Made by a program: the position numbers and the translations under genes. 64,000 nucleotides of DNA, taken from Gnetum montanum. Taxonomy: Eukaryota; Plantae; Gnetophyta. The stretch spans positions 344,844 through 408,843 of the forward strand of contig MNCI01000808.1 of assembly GCA_015680685.1 (NCBI GenBank), given 5' to 3'. Under the pieces are notes generated by a model. That model had not been told where the DNA came from, did not search any database, and saw only the letters and a program-made list of their open reading frames with translations. Below, in pieces: positions 49,258 through 62,399 of the stretch (the stretch's first letter is position 1; every line of letters begins with the position of its first letter).

Positions 49258-52200
49258 TGACAAAATTGAGCTAAAAATAGCACTACCCTCTCAACTAATT
49301 TATAGTTAGTGATTGATTGATATTTTTTTTATTTTTGAGAGTTTCTTGATTTGGAGAGATTTTCTCTATGTAATCTCTATATAGACCTCCACTTGTAAAT
49401 AAGAGGCAATCAAGAAAAAAGATTACCCCTTCTTTTCAAATTTTATCATGGTATCGAAGTTGTAAATTTTAAACCCTAGCAACATTTTTTTTTCATTTGG
49501 CCACCATTGCCATATTTCTTCTCCTACTATGGCCTTTATTGCCATTCCTAATTGGGTAATTCAACCCTTATTACTACAATCCTCTTCTTCTCCTTGTTTG
49601 TTTTTTTCATCAAAATGTTGAAATCTAGGATCACTATCTACTCGATGGAAACCTCCACCACCCCACAACATGGAGACCTTTAGTAGATTAATGCAACCTA
49701 TAAACTCAATAGAAAAAACTACTTGAAGTGGTCCTAGTTGGTGCAAAAAATTCTAAAAGGCAAAGGAAAATTGGATTACATCTTCAACATGGAACTAAAA
49801 GAGGATGATCCCGAGTTTGCAAAATGGGATGAGGAGGATTCAATGATCATGGCATGGCTTTGGAATTCGATGTCACTCAAAATAAGTGACACATGCATGT
49901 TTCTCCCCATTGTTCAAGATATTTGGAAAGTTGTAAGAAAAACTTACTCCAAAGTAAAAGATGCTACCCAAATTTATGAGTTGAAGATCAAGACAACCAC
50001 CACCAAATAAGAAAATTAGATTGTAATCGAGTATGCCAACCTTTTGAAGGGAATTTGATAGGAGATGGATCACTACCATGTTATTCAAATGAAATGTAGT
50101 GAAGATGTTGCAATTCTGAAAAATTTCATAGAAAAAGATCAAACCTATGATTTTCTTAATGGATGTTCACAATGAGTTTGATCATGTTCGAGTTTAAGTC
50201 CTTGGCAAAGATGACCTCTCCCCTCTTGATGAGGTAATTTCTATTATATTGGCTGAATAGAGTAGGCATAATGTTATGTTAGTATCAAAACTAGTTGATG
50301 CCTCGACAATGCTAACTAATGGAGGAAGTCATGGGCCAAGAAGGAAGTAGTAGAATGAAGAATATGGGAAAGGAGAATTCAAACTTTGTGGTCATGAACC
50401 TTATGAAAATAGGGATAACATGTATTGTACCTTCTACAAGAAACCAATTTATATGAGGGAGATGTGCTTCAAGCTTCATGGAAATTCACCAAGCAAGGAA
50501 TGGGGAAATAAGGTTGGAAGGAAAAAAAAATTCAAGGTCAAGCAAATCAAACCTCATATTCACAAGAAGAAGAGAAAGCTCTAGAAACAAGGGAGTTTGA
50601 CAAAGAAGAGATAGAGAAATTGAAGAATCTTCTAACCACTCTTGAAAAATATTCAAGTACCTATTCATTGGTACATTTAGGTGAGCTTCCAAGTTCTCAT
50701 TATTTAAGTGCCTTCAATCAATGTTTTAAAGACTCCTAGATCATCGATTTAGGAGCCACAGATCACATGACACATGCATCTCATAATTTTAGTTCTTATT
50801 TTCCTTGCCCTAGTAATTGAAAAATTACCATGACAGATGGATCACCAAGCACAGTTGCTTGTATAGGGAATTTTAAAATTGATCATGATATGATTCTTAA
50901 AGATGTTCTTCATTTTCCAAAATTATCAACAAATCTCATGTCCATAACCAAACTTTATTGGGATCTAAATTGCAAAGTAACCTTCTTCCCAATTTATTGT
51001 CTATTTTCGGACCAGGACTTGGGTAGGATTATTAGACTTGCTAAGGATAAGGGAGGATTATACTATCTTAGAAAAGACTAAAAAGACAAGTGCCAATAAG
51101 TGGAATCAACCTCTAACCCTCCTATCAACAAGTCATTCAATAAATAAAGGCATGATTTGCCTTTACCACTTTAGATAGGACATCCTTCATTCAAAATACT
51201 TGAAACCATGTTCCCTCATTTGTTTAAGAGCTTAGAAAAGGAAATGTTTAATTGCAAAACTTGTGAACTTGTAAAGCATAAACATGTAGCATTTTTCATC
51301 AATAATAAAAGAAGCTCATTTCCATTTGATTTAATTCATAGTGATATTTGGGGACCATCTCCAATTTCAAATATTTCTAGGGCACGATGGTTTGTTTCAT
51401 TTATCAATGATTGCACAAGATTTACTTGGATTTTCTTAATCAAGTTCAAAACTGATGTTAGTGATGTCCTTCCAAATTTTCATTCCATGATTAAAAATCA
51501 AATTGGAGTTAGTATCAAAAGGTTTCGTTCAAATAATGCCAAAGATTATTTTAACCAAACATTGGCTATGTTCTTTCAAAAGAAGGGAATCATCCACAAG
51601 TCCTCTTGTGTCTATACCCCACAAAAAAATGAAGTGGTAGAGAATAAAAATGGTCACCTTCTTTCTACAACTTGGGCTTGATTATTCCAAAAAGAATGTC
51701 ACAAAAAATTACTAGGGAGAAGTTGTCCTTATAGCTACACATATCATAAACAAATTACCAACTCAAGTGCTCCATTCAAAAAGTTCAATAGAAGTGTTAT
51801 CTCAATTCTTTCCAACACTTTGTACTACAAACCATCTTATCCCTAGGATATTTGGATGTGTTTCATTTATCCATGTTCATAGTCAAAATAGGAAAAATTT
51901 TGATTTGAGAGCCCTCAAAATGGTCTTTGTTGGATATTCTTCAACCCAAAAGGGCTACAAATGATATCATCCACCAACCAAAAAATTTCTCATTTCTGTG
52001 GATGTCACCTTTGTTGAAACTGAATCATACTTCACACAACCTACCCATAAGGGAGCAAATAGTAGTAGAAGATAAGGACTTCTTTCTTCTTAACCTACCC
52101 ATAACCAAGTCTTCCTATTCTTTACTGCCAAAAACCAAGGTCAAGCCTCTTCCTCAAATTATAGAACAAAATGATGAAGGTAACGAAACCACTACTAACA

Positions 52201-54159
52201 CAGGTCCTCCTCAAGTATACTTAAGAAGGAAACATCCAAACCCAGAACTAAGGAAAGTTCAAACATTAGGCTCGAGTGTTGGAAATGAGGTAATCATCTA
52301 ATTCTCCTACTGAATCCTTGTTTGATATTGACTTACCTATTGCAATTAGAAAAGGAAAAAGAGAACGCACCAATCACCCACTATATCCTATATCTCATTT
52401 TGTGTCTTTTCACAAATGTTCCTCAATTCATAGTGCATTTCTCATAGATCTTAACAATGTGTTTGTTCCTTCAACAATATCTAAGGCTTTAAACTTTGAA
52501 AATTGGAAAAATGCTATGAATGTAGAAATGCAAGCCTTGGAGAAGAACAACACATGGGAGATAGTGGACTTGCCAAAGGAAAAGAAACTAGTAGGATGCA
52601 AATGGGTATACACTATGAAATACAAAGCTGATGGTTCTTTAGAGAGGTACAATGTAAGATTGATAGCCAAGGGATACACACAGATGTATGGGATAGACTA
52701 TCAAGAGACATTCGCACCAATGGCAAAGATGAATATGGTAAGAATCCTTTTGTCTCCGCTAGTTAATTATGACTAGCCTCTAAAAGAAATTGATGTGAAA
52801 AATGCTTTCCTACATGAGAACTTAGAAGAGGAAATTTACATGGAGATTCCAACAAGCTATAATCAAAATATGGCCTCAAACAAGGTATGCAAATTAAAGA
52901 AATCATTGTAGGGCTTAAAGCAATCATCTAGGGCCTGGTTTGGAAGGTTTAGTAAGGTAATAATTGGAATGGGCTACAAATAGAGTCAAGGAGACCATAC
53001 CTTGTTTATTTAACACACTGACTTAGAGGGAGTCACTGCCCTTATTGTGTCTATTGATGATATTGTAGTAATAGGAAATGATCATAGGGAGATAGAGAGA
53101 CTAGGCAAAGTATTTCCTAGGTATAGAAGTGGCATGGTCAAAGTAGGGAATTTTCATGAGCCAACAAAAAATATACCCTAGATCTTCATAGAGACATAGG
53201 AAATTAGCTTGCAAACCATTAAGCACACCTATGGATCCCAGTCATAAGCTTGGAGAAGTAGAGGAAGATGTGGCCATTGACATAGAAATGTATCAAAGAT
53301 TGGTTGGTAGGCTTATTTATCTATCCCATACGTGACCTAATATAGCCTATGTAGTGAGTGTGGTAAGCCAGTTCATGCACAATCCTAAGGAGGTTCACTT
53401 ACAAGCAGTCGATCACATCTTGCACTATCTAAAAGGGTCTCCAGGTAAAGGCATCTGATTCAAGAAATGTGAGTCTCACACTAGAGGCTTATATAGATGC
53501 AGACTATGCAGGCTTAGTCATAGATAGAAGATCCATCATTGGGTATTGTACCTTTTTTCGGAGGAAATCTAGTCACATAGAGGAGCAAGAAGTCAAATGT
53601 AGTAGCAAGATCTAGTGTTGAATCTAAATTCAGAGCAATGGCACAAGGAATATGCAAACTGTTTTGGCTAAAGATTACCCTAGAATATCTAAGAATCCAT
53701 TGGGAAGGACCTATGAAACTATATTGTGATAACAAGTTATCTATTAGCATTGTCGACAATCCCATGCAACATGACTAGACTAAGCATATTGAAATTGATA
53801 GGCACTTTATCAAAGAAAAACTCAAGAGTGGTCTCATTTGTACATCTTATGTTTCTTTCAACTCATAACTAGCAAATGTCCTTACTAAAGGACTTTGCAA
53901 TCCTCTTTTCCAGACATTGGTGTCAAAGCTAGGAATGGACAATGTCTATTCACTAACTTGAGAAGAAGTGAGAAAATTGAGCAAAAAACAACACTACCCT
54001 CTCAATTGATTTATAGTTTGTGATTGATTGATATTTTGCTGATTTTTAGGAATTAGTTGATTTGGAGAGATTTTCTCTATGTAATCTCTATATATGCCTC
54101 TACTTGTAAATAAGAAGCAATTCAAAAAAAATATTTCCCTTTCTTTTTAAATTTTGTCA
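49258..54159 (+). mobile_element. Full-length decayed Ty1/copia element, probably Ale/Retrofit lineage (LTRs 49258-49448 and 53969-54159)
   Basis: 191-bp LTRs; Met-type PBS TGGTATC at 49449; PPT before the 3' LTR; order gag-PR-INT-RT-RH (IHSDIWGP, VGCKWVY, YCDNK); degenerate TSD TACAT/CATAT. Confidence 0.9.
49690..53960 (+). pseudogene. Copia gag-pol polyprotein remnant
   Basis: ORF fragments at 49738, 50830, 51208, 51767, 52318 carry copia domain motifs; many stops and frameshifts. Confidence 0.88.
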
Positions 54160-54370
54160 CATATTAATAAAGCATTCCTTTCTTTCTCCTTCTGCATTTT
54201 TCCTAATATTTTTTTTACGAATAATGTTGAATGTTACATATACGTGGCATTTGGTATATTACCTTCTTACGCATAATGTCTAATATAACATATATTTGAC
54301 ATTTGCCATGATGTCCGAGAATGAAATGTCACAAGGCCTATTACCTTCGACTCTTAGCCAAAGAGTGTGT

Positions 54371-55420
54371 CATGTTGGAAGGCCTAGAAGTTTTTTGGTT
54401 GAGCTTGGCCATAAAAAATTGGGGTTATATGGTTGAATGACATGACATGACTTGACCTTGTAGGAACAAATGAGAGAATATGATTTCATCTAATCTCATG
54501 TGTACTTTATTTCATTTGCATCATTAGTGATAAGTCTTGCAGATTACGTAGAATTAACATTACAATAATTGCAAGTGTCTAATAATAAACATCATGCTCA
54601 TGACCATGGAAGTCCAACCAACTTAGAATTGAAAAGCAAATCCACATTCTTATAGCATTAGTCCAAAAATCATGGGAGAGGAGATAGAAGATGGATTATG
54701 CCTTAGCAATCATAAATCTTGCAAGCATGAAAAGCATTACATCTATTGCCTTCATCTCTCTTGGCCAAATATATAAATAGTACTTAGATATTTTATGCTA
54801 AGTGTTTCTTTTCATGTGACAACATTCAAAATTCAAAAGTAAACCTAGTGCCAATATCTCTCGGCCAGGATTGTATTATTGGATGACATGACATTACTTA
54901 ACTTTGTAAAAACAAAGGTGAGAATATGATTCCAAGTGTTTCTTTTCATGTGACAACATTGAAAATTCAAAAGTAAGCCTAGTGCCATTATCTCTTAGCC
55001 AACTAAGTCATCAAAAATTAGGATTTTATTATTGGATGAACAAAGGTGAGAATATGATTCCATCTATTCTTGCTATCACAGGTTAGGTGCTATCATATAT
55101 GTACGTAGTGCTTATCATGCTTGGAAGATTTAAGATTTATAATTGCTCCCGTGATTTCAAGACTCAAAAAGTAATGCTTTAATTGCTTTTCAACTGGGCC
55201 GGACCGCCCTGTCCATGAGTGTGACTTTTGTTGCACACTTGCAATAATTGGTTCCAAAAAGTCAACTGCACATGAGATGAGATTAAATGGAATCATATGC
55301 TGAACTTTGTTCCCGCAAAGTCAAGTTAAAGTCACGCGCAAAGTCATGTCATTCAACCATCCAACCCCAATTTTTGGTCGCCAAGCCCAACCAGATAACT
55401 TTCGGGCCTTCCTACATGTC
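54371..55420. repeat. Imperfect ~1.05-kb fold-back (arms ~54371-54745 and ~55095-55420) ending ~330 bp upstream of the RLK start codon
   Basis: catgttggaaggcc...gttgagcttggcc...ttggggtt...ggttgaatgacatgac pairs with gtcatgtcattcaacc...aaccccaa...ccaagcccaacc...ggccttcctacatg, plus further inner complementary blocks. Confidence 0.8.
54800..55062 (+). repeat. ~130-bp direct tandem duplication in the fold-back loop (copy 2 only)
   Basis: aagtgtttcttttcatgtgacaacatt...aacaaaggtgagaatatgattcca occurs twice; single copy at ~35260-35415. Confidence 0.85.
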
Positions 55421-55748
55421 AGAGGACAAGCTAGCCTCGTCTTCTTAGTTTATATTTATCATGGTGAATAATTATGTTACCATGGTGCTAACAAATATTA
55501 AAAGATAAATCATTGTTACCTGTTTTTCCAAATGCAAAATAAAACTCGAAGCAGCAGTTTTCTTGGTCTCCGAAGAAAAAAGGCTAAAGAGATAAAAAGG
55601 TGTTCTGTCCTCCTCGGTTATTTAGTTATTCTCTGAAACATTGATAAGTCAAGGCGTACATATATCATACACAAAAGCTTTTCCTGCAAAACCCTGGCAT
55701 AACCCAGTACTACTGCACTTGTTCAAGTCCTCCTGTTAGCCAACAATA

Positions 55749-58700
55749 ATGGCCCCCAACATTTGGTCATCCCCTTTTGCATTTACACTGTTTGTGTATT
55801 TCCTACTGATCCATGTTGCTGCTACAAATGCAAATACAAGAGATAACAATGATGCTGTTGTCAATGAAGTGAGATCTTTGATTGCCTTTAAGAGATGCAT
55901 CACCAGTGATCCTCACTCTGTTTTACAAAATTGGCGATCTGACTCTGCTGATGCTTGCAACTTCACTGGAATTCAATGCTCTGCCGGAAGAGTGATTTCC
56001 GTGGACCTTCACAGCAGTGCATTGGAAGGATCAATATCTGCGACCATCGCCAATTTGTCAATGTTGAAGGTACTCAATCTCTTTACTCAATCTCTTTAAC
56101 AATTCATTGTCTGGACTTATTCCACCTCAGCTTGGCAATCTGTCTTCGCTGCAGTATCTTGACCTTGGCAACAATTCTCTTAATAGCACCATTCCTAATT
56201 CTCTTGGGAAACTCGGCCGGCTCAAGTTTCTGTACCTTTTCAAAAACTCTTTAACAGGTCCAATTCCAGAGTCTTTTGGTGACCTCAAAGAGCTAACGGA
56301 GCTTTCTTTGTGTGAGAATCATCTCACAGGTTCTGTTCCTGCATCTCTGGGAGAGCTTACCCAACTCAAGTTACTGATCCTTTATGGCAACTCTTTGACA
56401 GGTACAATTCCAGACTCCCTTGCTGCACTTGTTAACTTGATCAATCTTAAGCTCTCCTACAACAATCTCACGGGTGTTGTACCAGCTTCACTTGGACAAC
56501 TCACCCGACTAGAGATCCTCTATCTTAACAGTAATAATCTGCGTGGATGCATTCCACCTCAATTGGGCAACATCTCTTCCCTTGAGTACCTTTATCTGGA
56601 CACTAACTTTCTGAATGGCACCATTCCTGCTTCTCTTGGGAAGCTCACACGCCTGAGCCTTTTCAGCAACTCTCTCAGCGGTCCAATTCCAGAGTCCCTT
56701 GGTCAACTCAAAGAGCTGACCCAGCTTGATCTGTCCTACAACCATCTCAGGGGCCATGTTCCAGCTTCACTTGGACAGCTCACCAAACTTGAGGTTCTCT
56801 CTCTTGGCACTAATAATTTGCAAGGCAGCGTTCCATACCAATTGGGAAATCTCTCTTCCCTTCAATACCTGGATCTCAGCAGCAATTCTCTCGGAGGCTT
56901 CATTCCCGGCACTTTCGTGAATTGCACTTCTCTCATGGTGTTGTACTTACATGAGAATGACTTTGAAGGAACACTGCCAGCGTGGATAGGAAGGTTGAAC
57001 AAATTGCAAGGGCTGAATCTCGGTGTGAACTTTTTCAGGGGAAGCGTTCGAGAGTCCATGTCCAACCTTACTTCTTTGATAGAACTGAATTTGAATTTTA
57101 ACAGGATGCAAGGTACTCTCCCTGCCTGGATCTCTAGCTTCTCTAACTTGAAATATCTGGGTTTATCAGATAATTATATCTCTGGAGTAATACCAGATTC
57201 GTGGATGAACACATCATCTATTATCAGATTAGCAATTAATGATAATATTCTGCAAGGAACCCTTCCTAACTGGCTGGGCAATCTTTCTCACCTGGAATGG
57301 GTTAACTTGGCTCGCAACAACTTTACAAGTGAAGGTACCCGCTTTGATCAATCCATTCCCATAGTAAAAGCCCTCTTTAATTGTCCGCGATTGATATTCT
57401 TAGGTATAGCGGGCAATTATTTACGAGGAATCTTACCTTCCAACATTGGTTCTCACTGGCTAAATCTTCAAATATTAGCCTTAAATGGCAATATTATCTA
57501 TGGCAGAGTTCCCTGCAGCATTGGAAACCTATCATCACTTTTTGAACTTCAGTTGAGAAGAAATATTTTAGATGGCAACATCCCTTCACAGATGGGGAAC
57601 ATGAGTTCTATTCAGTATATCGCCCTCAGTCACAATAAACTGCAAGGCAACATTCCCAGTGAACTGGCTCTTGCAAGCAGGACTCTGGCTTACCTTTATC
57701 TCAACCACAACAATTTATCAGGCCCCATTTCTCCCAGCATCAGTGAGTTGGCAAATTTACGTCAGCTTACTCTAACGATGAATTCTTTCTTTGGGAAAAT
57801 TCCTCCGGAGATAGCTAAATGTTCGCTCCTGGAACATCTGGATCTTTCTGCAAACAATTTGTCTGGAGAAATCCCACCAGAGGTAGCTGGTTTAAAACAC
57901 ATTATATTTGGGTTCAATCTGTCCCGAAATGCTTTAACAGGGAAAGTACCTGAAGACATAGGAGGTATGCAGATGGCCCAGTTTATTGATCTCTCCAACA
58001 ACCATCTCTCTGGAAACATTGGCACTCACATTGTAGAATGGTTAACTGCAGTGCATCTCAATCTCTCTTTCAATAATTTCACTGGAAATCTCTCCGAAAA
58101 TATTGGCCAGAAGTTGACGCAACTTCAAATCATGGATCTCTCGCATAACTCTTTTACAGGAAGGGTTCCAGAGTCGCTGACCAAGCTTGCATATCTACAT
58201 GTCTTTAACATCTCCTACAACTTTTTTGAAGGGCAGATCCCATGTAAACAGGGCATTTTTAAAAACCTAAGCAAATGGTCTTTAGTACAAAATCCCTTCC
58301 TATGCGGTGGTTGCCTTGGTCTTACTGAATGCAAGATTTCTGGTACCCAGACTTCCCACACCCGCACAATTCTCAAATTACTGTTAATAATCATCTCCTC
58401 CTTGTGTGGGATCTTTACTCTAAGTCTTTCAATCTGGTTGATCTGTAGAAAAATGAAAAATTCTCAATCAAGGTCCATTTTGAATATGGTTAATTTGGAG
58501 AAGCCATTCATGAAAATATCAATGCAAGAATTAAACAGGGCCACTCAAAATTTCAGTGAAGGTAACTTAATTGGCCAAGGGAGATTTGGAAGGGTATATT
58601 ATGGCGAATTAAACAGGGGACAGAAAGTAGCCGTTAAGGTATTCTTGTCATCCACAGAGAACAGATCTGAACAGAGTTTCAAGAAGGAATGCCAAATTTT

Positions 58701-59714
58701 AGGGAAACTGCGACATAGGAACCTTATTAAGATCTTGACCGTATTCTACTCCAATGATATCAAGGCCACAGTCATGCCTTACATGAGCAATGGTTCTCTA
58801 CATTCGCTTCTTCATGATCAACAGGGCAGATCGTTTTGTTTGGAAATGAGGCTCCGCATCTTGAAAGAGTTGGCGACTGCAGTGAGCTATCTCCACCATG
58901 ACTGCAGTCCCCCAGTGATCCATTGTGACATTAAACCCCAAAATGTATTGCTGGATGAAGATATGACTGTGAAGCTCTCGGATTTTGGCATAGCCTGTTC
59001 TATGGCAATTTCACAATCACAGCCTATAACAGCAACTACATCTTCATCATCATACGGGATCAAAGGCTCTGTAGGATATGTTGCTCCTGGTATATTTTTA
59101 TTCAACCACATTTGCAAACATGTTTTTCTTTTTTAATATGAAAGGTTACTTTTCATTTTGATTTAGTATCTTACTAATTTCATGCCATTTCTATGGATAT
59201 AGAGTATGGAGTTGGAGGAGAGGTATCCATTGAAGGAGATGTTTATAGCTTTGGAGTGGTCATGTTAGAAGTAATGACCACAACTGGGCCTACAAATGAG
59301 ATGTTTGGCACTCATCTCACATTACGAAACTGGGTGTCCATGGTATTCCAAGCAAATTCAGAAGGGGAGAAAACACAGAGAATTAAACAGGTTTTATCCA
59401 GAGTCGATGGCAGCGGTGGAGGCATTGAAATCCAGAAAGAGGAAGAGATGGAGACAGTTGAAGGCATTTTGAGGGTAGCCCTGGTTTGCACATGCCATGA
59501 AGCTAGCTCAAGGCCATCCATGAAACAAGTGGACTCGATTTTATTTAAAATCTATGATTCATACACATCCTCCTCGTCCACGGATAATATTCAGAATCAA
59601 TCGGGACTTCGTTGCAATAATTTGGAGGAAGTAATACTGATGGTGGAATCGCAACCACCATTAAACAGGTACAGGAAATCAGAAATCCAAGAAGCATCCG
59701 ACTCAACCTGCTAA
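55749..59714 (+). CDS. LRR receptor-like Ser/Thr kinase, subfamily XII type (FLS2/EFR/Xa21-like, non-RD); exons 55749-59089 and 59203-59714; frameshifted by a 13-bp duplication at 56071-56096
   Basis: Signal peptide; LRR-NT cysteine pair; over 25 plant LRRs; NPFLCG cap; TM helix; kinase GQGRFGRVY, VAVK, HCDIKPQN, DFG; GT-AG intron in the conserved APE position giving GYVAPEYG. Confidence 0.9.
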
Positions 59715-61059
59715 TGCATTTGCATTTGTAAAGGTAACTGACATGCCATTTAGATTTACTTTTGAATTATGATATTGTTTCTCAAGGTTTTTCAATGTAA
59801 ATATGTGCCCCAATTATAGTTGGCCATGAAACTTGCAATGCCTTTAATCATTTATGCAATTTGCGAGGCTTTCATAGAGTTGCTAATTCCAATTATGGTA
59901 ATAGTTTGCAATTTGCCAACCGTTCCGTGCCGTGACTTTTTGAAGAAACATTATGCATAGTAGATGTTTCCTCAGATACGAAAACAGAGCTAACAGAAAT
60001 CGCTCAATTTTTGCAGAGTTGGAACATAGGGAAGATGAAGTGAAAGACATGGTGGGAGAATCTTTGCAAACAATGAAACTTGTATCTGTGCTTGGGTTAT
60101 TCTTATTTGTTAAAGAAATTGTTTAACCTCCTGTTTGTTTGTAGTTTTGAGCTCCAGCATTTCCAGGCTTGCTTTTTTAGCAACGTTGATCTACGGTTGC
60201 AGGTTCGGCTGCACGTCTAACGTGTTGATTCAGAAAATCAAAATTTGACTGTTGGATCATAATTGGCTCTATCTTGATTTTATATCTGCGGAATTGTAAA
60301 TGTTTGTTGCGACTATCGTCTAAGTATTGGTAAGAAGAAACATCTAAGCATATTAACGAGCTCGGTACATAGTTTTTACCGGCTACATTTTATCGATACC
60401 GAGGGTCCATCCTTTTAGTTTTTTTTTTTTTTTTAATTTGGTTGAATATACCGTTGATAAATTTTGCTTCTGGCAGATGGTAAGCATAAATTTGTGATAT
60501 CAATGTATATTGAAATGGGAAGAAATATTGTCATCGGATTTTGTAGATTTGATTTTTGTTTACCCTCCTTTGGTTTACTTAAATTTAGCAGTTTAGTGTC
60601 TTTGATGCTTTATACACCCTTCATGTATTATACATGGGCATTGCAAAGCATCCTGAAATCATTTTAGGTTCCTAATGTTTTATGCATATCAATGTATCTT
60701 TCATAAAAATTCTTAGATATTTGTGTGATTATACATAACAAATATGGTGTTTTAATGGGCATGAGAGGTGTTAATTTAAAATAATTTAAATCAAAATTTA
60801 TTGAACTTTAGAATTAACTTGTGCATGAAAAGGTAAAGTTTAGTTATGGAAGCTTAGTATTCTCACACGGTGATCCAAAATCTACACACAATACTTAGAA
60901 AACACATTTTACAAAGGATGGCCTAGGGTATCTTGCATATGGACATGACTAATTTGGGAATCAAGTCTCAATGGAATAGATGAAAGATTTATCAAAAATA
61001 ATAAAAAGAGAGCCGAAGTTTAAGGAAAAGAAACTTAATAGAATCACAGTCATAGGTTA

Positions 61060-61235
61060 TAAGTTGTAATAATAGTGTTAAGTAGCAATAACAATGGTGG
61101 TAGTGGTAGTATGCAACAAGTAGCAATTAAATAGCAATAGTGTGCAAGTAGCAACAAGTAGCAATTGCAATATGCAAGCAACAAGAAGCAACAACCAGCA
61201 ACAAGCTGTAACAATGAGCAACCAACAATAAACGA
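61060..61235. repeat. Low-complexity GTAGCAA/GCAACAA-rich tract, possibly part of an old LTR
   Basis: Degenerate short repeats; no boundaries or TSD found. Confidence 0.4.
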
Positions 61236-62399
61236 CTACTGGAATGATGAGAATGGAGAGAAAGGGAAAGTAAGGATATAGAGGAAACATGAGATGGAAT
61301 AAGAGAATGAAGAGAAAGAAAAAGAATTTAGTGCTAAATTCCCCTTGCCTTTAGAATTACACTTAAAAGTTTTCATTCATTGCTTCAAAGACTCTATCAA
61401 ATGATACAAATAGAGCAATATACTTTCTTCCAACTTTTCAATGTATTTGTTAGAATATTTAATCATGGGATCCCTTGTAGTTTCAAGTCATGAGAATTAA
61501 AATAATCATTTTTTAAAGGGGAAGATGAAAAGAAGACAGGAGGAACTCTAGTTTTGTGGTATCATTATAAATTCAAGATATAGTCACAATGAATCATGGT
61601 AGGACATGAGAAAGCATTGACTCAATACTTTCATAACTAGTCACTAGCTTAGATCCTTTGTAGCACATCACAAATCCCTCACACTAAGTTATTTTATTAT
61701 AATTTAGCATAAATTGCTAAACTATAAAGAGAATTTAAAACATATTCATCATTTTAGATAAATGTAATCTAAAGGAAGATGCTATGGTATCAACTCAACC
61801 TCTATGCTAACACCATAAAACATGCAAGTAGTAGAAAACTTATTAAGATAAGATTCTCATGGATTGGTCTTAAGGATTTCATTTTCTTAATTTAGTTAGC
61901 AAAAAATGAAATCATTACAAGTGTTCCTAAAATCTATCAAGTGCACTTAATAGGAACTAAGCATTGAATTCAATCATCCCTTAAGTTTACTTCAATGACA
62001 TGCAACTATATGAATATGATCCATTCTTTCATTGCTCAATTGCTTCAAGCTAAGAAATTATATTATAAATGCAGTAAGATGCAATGCATTCTACTCAAGT
62101 GCATATGATGTGTTATGCATCATATATACATACATACATACATTAATAACTATCACTTATTCAATTGCTAATCTATTAGATATACATGTATAACACTATA
62201 TAAAAATGTTTAAGGTAGAATGCATTGAAGTTTTAAGCAAAATTATTACCTTAAAGGTTAACTATTCTATAAACATTAGGTGCTATGACATTCATAACTT
62301 AATATGGTCTTGACCACATTAGTGAGAATTTGGTTTAAGGACCTTTCTACCTAGAATGTCTAGCTCTTTAAAGACTAGATCACCTACTTGAAAGGATTT

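Larger units (their letters stand above)
48851..54333. mobile_element. Solo LTR (~580 bp: 48851-49257 + 54160-54333) split by a copia insertion
   Basis: TGTAATGTCCC...ATGTCACA termini; perfect TSD AGGCC; absent from the paralogous site at ~28848-28852. Confidence 0.82.

Noticed and set aside
56107-59136. 1009-aa ORF as an independent gene, and 59193-59714 as a separate gene
   Set aside because: The first starts at TTG mid-LRR without a signal peptide and runs into the intron; both are parts of the single RLK
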